Shown: positions 8,571-14,259 of the stretch, piece after piece
How the letters are laid out: every line of letters begins with the position of its first letter
How positions within the stretch are numbered: position 1 is the first letter of the stretch
NCBI GenBank assembly: GCA_046758705.1
Contig: JBHIAT010000089.1
Coordinates: forward strand, 1 to 14,259
DNA: 14,259 nucleotides
From: Candidatus Bipolaricaulia bacterium
GTDB taxonomy: Bacteria > Bipolaricaulota > Bipolaricaulia > JBHIAT01
Reading direction: 5' to 3'
The notes under the pieces: model-generated
What the model saw: the letters and a program-made list of their open reading frames with translations, nothing else
Told to the model about the DNA's origin: nothing
Databases searched by the model: none
Made by a program: the position numbers and the translations under genes

Positions 8571-8646
8571 ACAAGTTCTTAATATTGTGATCGACCTCGT
8601 GATTCGCTGGTCGGTTAAGGTTGACATGCCTGCTTCCCCCCTTATT

Positions 8647-9591
8647 CTATAGGTTCAGTATTTTCCTGATCGCTTGGACAAAGACGTCCGAGACGTCTTC
8701 TATAACGATCTTGCGGGATTGTTGTACCGCTTCACTCTGACTCATGGGATGCGAGTTGGTTGCGACTATTTTGATGATGGAAGAAAGTTCGAGCTTTTCA
8801 ACCACACTCGCGTTATTGAGGGCAAGATGCGAAACCAATGCGTACACATCTTTTGCACCTCGATCCTTATAGGCCTCGGCGGCGTTAATCAAGCTGCTCC
8901 CGCTTCTTATCATGTCATCGTAGATCACCACATCCCTATCTTTCACATGACCCGTTACCCTGAAGACCGTTGTATTTTCACGGTTTCTTGACTTACTGAT
9001 GAACGCCATATCCTCCACCCCGCAACAGTTGGCGTACGTTTCAATCCAGTCGGTCCTTCCCAGGTCTGTTGAGGCCAATACAAAGTTTTTTAACTTTAAG
9101 CTTTCAATTTCACGAAGGATGAGGGTCTCGGCGTACAGTTCTTCTTTGTGGCAGTCACCTTCGAAGTAATGGACTAGACCTGCTTCGTGTAGATCGAGCA
9201 TTAAGAATGTGTTTGTCGTTTGACCTCGGATTGAGGAGAGTAGCCGAGCATTCTCTTTGGCTGTTACGACCTCACCGGGGTAGACTGCCCGTTCCATGGT
9301 CGAGTAGCCAAGAAACGGTATGATAAATATCCGGTGACGAGTGCCGTAATCAAACAGGACATTTCCAACTCTGTATAGCTCCAGAAGTTCTCTGTCTGTA
9401 TGGGTGCTTCCCACAAAGATCGCGTCCTTGCCGGTTAGATCCATTCTGTGGTTGATTTCGATTCGATAGTACGCCTCGCTACTGCTAAATTGACTTCTTT
9501 CGATACTCAATCGCTCAAGTCCAAGCCGATCCGCAATTAGATCGGCAAAATAACGCGATGATCGGGTCGACAAAACAACGGCCTCAGACAT
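8647..9591 (-). CDS. prs: Ribose-phosphate pyrophosphokinase (PRPP synthetase), divergent subfamily, 314 aa
   Basis: Length and two-domain layout fit Prs. Motifs IPFLGY, GEVVTAK, DLH, PRT loop VVIYDDMIRSGSS, GAKDVYALVSH, TNSHP and DVSDVF. Strong AAAGGAGG RBS in the 21-nt gap after the GH4 stop. Confidence 0.85.
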   Translation of the reverse strand: MSEAVVLSTRSSRYFADLIADRLGLERLSIERSQFSSSEAYYRIEINHRMDLTGKDAIFVGSTHTDRELLELYRVGNVLFDYGTRHRIFIIPFLGYSTMERAVYPGEVVTAKENARLLSSIRGQTTNTFLMLDLHEAGLVHYFEGDCHKEELYAETLILREIESLKLKNFVLASTDLGRTDWIETYANCCGVEDMAFISKSRNRENTTVFRVTGHVKDRDVVIYDDMIRSGSSLINAAEAYKDRGAKDVYALVSHLALNNASVVEKLELSSIIKIVATNSHPMSQSEAVQQSRKIVIEDVSDVFVQAIRKILNL

Positions 9592-9612
9592 TTCCTTTCC
9601 CCTCCTTTCAAT

Positions 9613-10818
9613 CTAGAACTGCGGCAACCACTGAGCCTGCACTTCGAACATCTCATCCACCATCGCTCGGATCTGCGGTAGCGTGCACACAGCTGCGGTC
9701 AGTGGGTCCAGCATCACCGCGTGAACGATCGCCTCCCGGTCGCCCGTGAGCGAGCCGTTTACCGCTAGCCCCTGGACGTTGATCATGTTGCGGTTCAGCC
9801 CAGCCAGTTGCCACGGCAGCTCGCCCACGTAGCACGGTCGGATACCGTTGCCGTCCACCAGGCATGGCCCCTCCACACAGCACCCCTCCGGCAGATTGGT
9901 GATCAGCCCCGTGTTGGGCACGTTGCCGTAGATCACCGTCGGCTGGTGGGTGGCCATGGCCTCGATGATGTACGAGCCGTACTCGTGGGTGCGACCCGTG
10001 GGCAGCGGCTGCCTGCCCGCGATCTGCTCCTTCACCTCGTCCAGATAGGTGGGCAGCTCCCGCTGGCACGTTCGCAGATAACCGCCGGTGCACCCCCAGT
10101 CGAACCAGGCATCATTCGATGACTGGAAGCGGGGCACGATCTCATTGTCGATCATCTCTGCACTCTTGCGAAAGTAGGGTGTGTATTCTGATGCATGGCC
10201 GCTGGACTCGGTGACGAAGTAGCCGAACTGCCGGGCCAGTTCGATGCGGATCGGTTCCTCCCCCTGTCGTTTGGGGTCTTCCATCGCTTTACGTAGCATC
10301 GGGTACACGTCCTCTCCGTTCCACTTAAACTCCAGGAACCACGCCTGGTGATTGATGCCCGCCACCTTGTAGGTCACCTCGTCATAGGGCGCGCCGATCC
10401 ACCGGGCCAGCATCTCCGAGGTGCCCTGTACGCTGTGACACAGACCTACGTGGGGCCGGCCGCTGTCAGCGGTGATCGCCCAGCAGTTGATGGACATGGG
10501 GTTGGAGTAGTTAATGAGCAACGCCTCCGGCCGGCACAACCCATCCATCTCCCGAGTGATCTCCTGCAGAACAGGGATGGTGCGCAGACCGCGAAAGACA
10601 CCGCCGGGTCCCAACGTATCCCCCACGCACTGACCAACGCCGTATTTCAACGGGATTTCGATGTCCAGTTCGTAAGCTTCCAATCCACCTACCTGGATGG
10701 TGACGATCACAAAGTCGGCATCTCTGATTGCCTCCCGCCGATCGAGAGTGGCCTTGACACTGGTCAGGTTGCGAGTGAACACTACGCTCCCTGCCCCAAT
10801 GAATGTGATCTTGAGCAT
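9613..10818 (-). pseudogene. melA: Glycoside hydrolase family 4 alpha-galactosidase (MelA-like) with ~40-aa in-frame deletion in the NAD-binding Rossmann fold
   Basis: KITFIGAGS, ADFVIVTIQVGG, GDTLGPGG, NYSNP, GLCHSV, GINHQ, TESSGH and DPLT are GH4 signatures. The segment normally between FxxNL and ATxDRREA, which includes the LMDID strand, is missing. ORF is 401 aa versus roughly 440-450 aa for intact MelA-type enzymes. Confidence 0.8.
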
Positions 10819-10833
10819 GCGGCCTCTTTTCCT

Positions 10834-11757
10834 CTATTGAACTGTTGCGGCTTTGACTTTAGGCAATACGTGCTCATCCACATCGGCGTCGTTCTCCGGC
10901 ACCGGCACATCGTCGAAGAGAAACCAGTGTTCGACGTGCTCCACCGCGGCGCCCGGTTGCAGGTGGACGAGCGGACCGAGCGTTTCGACTTCGAGCATAT
11001 CGGCATTGGTGAACGTTTCGACGGAGCAGCCGAAGTCGGGATAGTGTGCGCCGTTGATGTAGTCGAGCTTTTTGACGAACAGGTGACCGTTGCGGGCGCA
11101 AGCCACCCAGCCGTCTGTGACCATCACGCCCACCTTTTGCGGTGTCTCGATTTTCGGGTCCTGGTGCAGCATCACGTATTTGCTCCCCCATGTCCAGCGT
11201 GGATCCGTCATATCGGTGTACGCCCAGAGCGCGACCGTGGTCGTCGGCAGCAAGTGCTCTTCGTGCGAGCCACGCGGCGGCAGCGGGATGATTGATTTGC
11301 CACCCTGTGCCATCACCGACAGCCCCCAGGGAGCGAACTCTACCGCCCACAGATTGGCGTTGTGCAACCGGTGGGTCAGTTCCACGTGCGCCTGGTTCGG
11401 ATCCAGGCGAATATCAATCTCTTTTTGGATCCCGGTGGTCGGCTCCGTGGGCTGGATGAGGCGCACGAAGCCGGAGTCAGGATGCTGTTCCAACTGGACG
11501 GGCGAATTATCGGGAAAGTAGGTGCGCGGCTTGGCTTCGGGCGCGTGCCACAGGCGATGTCCTCCGTAAATGCGCCACTCGTCACCGCCGGTTACCCCGA
11601 TCATCTCCTCGTACTCTTTGAACTCGTTCTCCCCGTTCACGAATCCGAACCGGATAATACGCGGTCCCACGTCCGTCGTCACGATCAAATCCACGAGATC
11701 GTTGAACAGGCGATAGCAGTTCTGCCAGCCTTTGTAATCGGTCTTCTCCACCTCCAT
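10834..11757 (-). CDS. Conserved hypothetical protein, DUF4380-like / galactose-mutarotase-like beta-sandwich, 307 aa
   Basis: GWQNCYRL, TTDVGPRII, YGGHRLWHAPE, YPDFGCSVE and LEVETLGPL...HVEHW. Start placed at ATG 11757, preceded by AAGGAGG, rather than 11826. Family name recalled from motif similarity only. Confidence 0.7.
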   Translation of the reverse strand: MEVEKTDYKGWQNCYRLFNDLVDLIVTTDVGPRIIRFGFVNGENEFKEYEEMIGVTGGDEWRIYGGHRLWHAPEAKPRTYFPDNSPVQLEQHPDSGFVRLIQPTEPTTGIQKEIDIRLDPNQAHVELTHRLHNANLWAVEFAPWGLSVMAQGGKSIIPLPPRGSHEEHLLPTTTVALWAYTDMTDPRWTWGSKYVMLHQDPKIETPQKVGVMVTDGWVACARNGHLFVKKLDYINGAHYPDFGCSVETFTNADMLEVETLGPLVHLQPGAAVEHVEHWFLFDDVPVPENDADVDEHVLPKVKAATVQ

Positions 11758-11869
11758 CCGCGAATCCTCCTTTGCACTGCGGCATGCATTGCGCTGATGA
11801 GATGATAGGGAAATGGGGTGCAACATGCAACGGGCGGCGAAAGCTCGCCGGCTTTGGGAGGTCGGGCAA

Positions 11870-12991
11870 CTATGCTAGGAAGCGTTGAGCGATGTCGTCG
11901 TAGAACCCCTTATAGTCCCAGTACCCTCCATGTGCCACCCCCCACCGATCCGGAAGTTTCAGGTACACGTTGTCCAGTTTATGGTAGAAGTCCAGACGTC
12001 CGCTGATCGGATCTTTATTGTTGTAATAGTTGACCCAGGAGAGCTCATCCAGCTTGGGCGTCACCGGAGAGGTCAGGAAGTAGGGGTTGGGGTCCTGCCT
12101 GAGCGGTTTTACCTTGAAGGAATGGAGGTGCTGGATGATCTGGTGTCGAACGTGCTGGTCCTCCCCGACTTGTTCGCGAAAGAAGAAGGCGATCTTGTCC
12201 AGGGGTGAACCGAAGGTGATCAACCCCTGTAACTTAGCGAGCGGGAGGCTCACCCCGCTGGGGAGTTCCGCTTTGATATTAAGCCGATTCAGCGTGTCAT
12301 AGGCGATAACACTGCCCAGGGAGTGGCCGGCGACGATCACCCGGTCGTACTGCTCATCTTTGAGGATCGCCTCCAGCAACGCCTGGGATTCCGCGAGGAT
12401 TTGCTGTCGGACCCGATAGTGGCGAGATTTCTGATCCATCGTGGTGTAGATGGCAATATCGCCGATGTACCCGACAATGAATGGGGTGCCGAGTTGCTCG
12501 ATCCATTCTCGGATTGCCTGCAACCATTTCAAGTATGGCGAGTGCGAGATGAGAAACAGCGTGAGGCGGATCATCGGGTAGAATAGACGTAGCGTCCGGA
12601 CGACCCTCTGCAGGGGGAACCGGCGGGGTCGCTGAAGTTGCGATTCCTCCTTGTAGAACCGTTTCGTCCCCTGGAGCGTTCGATCCACCCACTGCCATAC
12701 CTCGGGGACGCTGATCTTCTCCTCCGTCAGGTAGGCCCAATAGTGTTCGTGGGTGTCGATCCAGTCTTCACCCTGTGGCGAGCTCAGCCGGACGAAGCTC
12801 TCTGTCCAGTGGACCCCGCCTGCTCCCTTCCGCTCGGCGAGTTGGTGCGTTCCTTCGATATCCATCCCCTGGGATTTTAGGTACTTCCACAGGCCACGGC
12901 TGAAACTGTCAAGCGTCTCGAAGGGGTTCTGCTCCCCGATTCCATGAATGACGAGAAACGCCGTACGGCCCTTGGGAAATTCTCCGTTCAT
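11870..12991 (-). CDS. Uncharacterised alpha/beta-hydrolase-fold (lipase-like) protein, 373 aa
   Basis: VIHGIGEQ oxyanion-type motif, nucleophile elbow GHSLGS, TFGSPL, DPISG and HGGYW, with an amphipathic/hydrophobic central insert. GGAGG RBS. Confidence 0.8.
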   Translation of the reverse strand: MNGEFPKGRTAFLVIHGIGEQNPFETLDSFSRGLWKYLKSQGMDIEGTHQLAERKGAGGVHWTESFVRLSSPQGEDWIDTHEHYWAYLTEEKISVPEVWQWVDRTLQGTKRFYKEESQLQRPRRFPLQRVVRTLRLFYPMIRLTLFLISHSPYLKWLQAIREWIEQLGTPFIVGYIGDIAIYTTMDQKSRHYRVRQQILAESQALLEAILKDEQYDRVIVAGHSLGSVIAYDTLNRLNIKAELPSGVSLPLAKLQGLITFGSPLDKIAFFFREQVGEDQHVRHQIIQHLHSFKVKPLRQDPNPYFLTSPVTPKLDELSWVNYYNNKDPISGRLDFYHKLDNVYLKLPDRWGVAHGGYWDYKGFYDDIAQRFLA

Positions 12992-13065
12992 TGTACCTCC
13001 TCTCTTCAGGTTTCACCCCTCCCTGCCTAAGCTTAGTTTTTCACAGCCTGGGCTATCCAGCCGCC

Positions 13066-13132
13066 ATCAACTTCACGAGGCCGTTGGGCAGGTAACAGTT
13101 CTGCCAACCTTGGTAATCGGTTTTTCCACCTC
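13066..13132 (-). pseudogene. Degenerate fragment homologous to the 5' end of the DUF4380-like gene at 11757
   Basis: 13093..13132 matches 11714..11754 at 36 of 41 aligned columns. It translates, with a 1-nt deletion, as EVE/TDYQGWQNCY-LPNGLVKL versus EVEKTDYKGWQNCYRLFNDLVDL. Confidence 0.8.
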
Positions 13133-13328
13133 ACCGAAGGATATCACGTAATCGGTCTCCACAGTGACCGATAGCAATTGGATGGTGTTTCCCTTGGAAT
13201 CGCACCTTACTTTGACTTAGGACTTTCAGTTCGGAAGCATGTGTTCTTCTCCCATAAAGAAGGAGGGGATAAAAGTCAGAAACAACCTGTGAAGTTACTA
13301 TTACATCCCGGCATAAATGCTCCATAGG

Positions 13329-14093
13329 TTAGATGGTCAACGGTCGTCCCTTATACGTCCACTTGAACGGCTTCGCCAACGTCTGATTGAAGTAGTCAAT
13401 GAACGCTATGATTCGCTCCCTCAGTTCCTCCACGGAACCAAAACTACCTCGCTTGAGCAATCGTTTCACCAAGATGCTGAACCACAGCTCAATTTGGTTC
13501 AACCATGAGGTATGTTTCGGCGTGTACACAAACCGAATCCGGTGACTTGGATCTTGTAAAAACTCTGCCCGCGTGGCCATCGACTTGAGGATCCCTGATT
13601 GGCCTTTCTGGCCCAACTCCTCCTTAATCCCACAGCGCCGGGCGACTAATTTCACCAAGCTCTCGGATTGGTGAATGTTCAGTCGGTCCACGATAACAAT
13701 CCACTCCCCCTCGGGATCTGTCTCGATCGTTTGCTCGATATGATCCACAAAATCTGCTTCCGTTCGCGTGGGACCCACCGACGGTGCAACTACTTGACCC
13801 GTGGCCACTTCAAAATTGGCGATCAACGTCTGGGTCCCGTGCCGAACGTATTCAAATTCCTGTAACGCCACCTGACCCGGTCTCATCGGTCGCGTGGGAT
13901 GCTTGCGCTCCAGCGCTTGGATCCCGGACTTCTCATCAGTGCTCATCACATGGACGCCTTGCTCTTGTAAGCTGGGCGCCTCTATATACAGGTCGCACAC
14001 CCCTTTGACTTCGGCGTCAAACCGGTCAGGATCTTTCGCCCGGTCGTTGTTGAGCCAATACCGACTTCGATGCGGCTTGAGCTGGGCCTCCTT
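13329..14093 (-). CDS. IS630-family transposase, catalytic DDE part (OrfB frame; no independent start needed)
   Basis: The frame is open from 14093 (KEAQLKPHRSRYWLN...). Motifs STDEKSGIQALER, EYVRHGT, IVDRLNIH, YTPKHTSWLNQIELWFS and AKPFKWTY. Confidence 0.92.
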   Translation of the reverse strand, partial: KEAQLKPHRSRYWLNNDRAKDPDRFDAEVKGVCDLYIEAPSLQEQGVHVMSTDEKSGIQALERKHPTRPMRPGQVALQEFEYVRHGTQTLIANFEVATGQVVAPSVGPTRTEADFVDHIEQTIETDPEGEWIVIVDRLNIHQSESLVKLVARRCGIKEELGQKGQSGILKSMATRAEFLQDPSHRIRFVYTPKHTSWLNQIELWFSILVKRLLKRGSFGSVEELRERIIAFIDYFNQTLAKPFKWTYKGRPLTI

Positions 14094-14259
14094 TTAAAAA
14101 ACGCCCCACACTGCGGGGCGAAATGCTGGCGACAACGCCTCGTTTGACCGCTTCATCGGCTAGCTCGGTGGGCGTCCAGTGCGTCACCGCTCGCCCGCAC
14201 TCCCCGGGAGATTCACAGGCTAAGGCGATGATCTGACAAATCTGCTCGGGGGTGAATTG
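14026..14259 (-). CDS. IS630-family transposase, N-terminal helix-turn-helix part (OrfA frame; 5'-truncated)
   Basis: Not in the ORF track. Translates QFTPEQICQIIALACESPGECGRAVTHWTPTELADEAVKRGVVASISPRSVGRFLK, typical of IS630 HTH regions, then runs on to TGA at 14026. Confidence 0.88.
   Translation of the reverse strand, partial: QFTPEQICQIIALACESPGECGRAVTHWTPTELADEAVKRGVVASISPRSVGRFLKGGPAQAASKSVLAQQRPGERS
14092..14120 (-). promoter_or_regulatory. Candidate programmed frameshift/transcriptional slippage signal: GC hairpin + T6A4
   Basis: The minus strand reads CGCCCCGC-AGT-GTGGGGCG-TTTTTT-AAAA-GGAG exactly at the OrfA/OrfB junction. Confidence 0.7.

Larger units (their letters stand above)
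13299..14259 (-). mobile_element. IS630-family insertion sequence (left end outside the window)
   Basis: HTH-type ORF plus DDE ORF in overlapping frames. A candidate right terminal repeat with TA lies at 13299..13318, just downstream of the transposase stop. Confidence 0.9.

Noticed and set aside
3881..10833. Four gene junctions (gaps of 12, 24, 21 and 15 nt) are in frame with no extra stop, hinting at read-through fusions
   Set aside because: Each downstream gene has its own purine-rich RBS-like sequence and normal start, and the stops are mixed TGA/TAG. Four of seven co-oriented junctions being in frame is compatible with chance.
10348..11295. 315-aa plus-strand ORF
   Set aside because: Antisense shadow of the GH4 and DUF4380-like genes, which also share a frame. 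No protein-like motifs.
11758..11826. N-terminal extension of the DUF4380-like ORF
   Set aside because: AAGGAGG precedes ATG 11757, and the relic copy's homology also begins there.
11835..11850. Hairpin CGGCGA-AAGC-TCGCCG after the hydrolase stop, as a terminator
   Set aside because: The stem is only 6 bp and there is no U-tract on the transcribed (minus) strand.
13151..13172. Inverted repeat ATCGGTC-N8-GACCGAT as an ncRNA or terminator
   Set aside because: A single 7-bp stem with no U-tract or recognisable riboswitch motif. Insufficient support.
13131..13325. 64-aa minus-strand ORF downstream of the transposase
   Set aside because: It starts inside the IS terminal region, crosses the IS boundary and has no recognisable features.

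Overview
Bacterial accessory region of mostly minus-strand genes. It opens with the 3' part of a coiled-coil + 7-blade WD40 protein (+) converging on an S9 peptidase. Next is a carbohydrate/aldehyde catabolic run: aldo/keto reductase, CE7 acetyl esterase, GH127 and a broken sugar-isomerase-like TIM barrel. A lower-GC tag/prs pair follows, then a GH4 alpha-galactosidase with an in-frame deletion, a DUF4380-like protein, an uncharacterised alpha/beta hydrolase, and an IS630-family element cut by the right edge. I see no convincing complete novel system. The most notable details are: (i) a terminator-like hairpin directly before a T6A4 run at the IS630 frame junction, suggesting stem-loop-driven transcriptional slippage; (ii) two internally deleted sugar genes and a degenerate copy of a neighbouring gene's 5' end, indicating local decay or rearrangement; (iii) a hidden Cys-rich, Zn-ribbon-like tail on the TIM-barrel pseudogene; (iv) highly self-similar WD40 blades with variable surface positions; (v) back-to-back divergent promoters spanned by a near-LexA box. 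All family calls come from motif recognition by eye, not from database searches.
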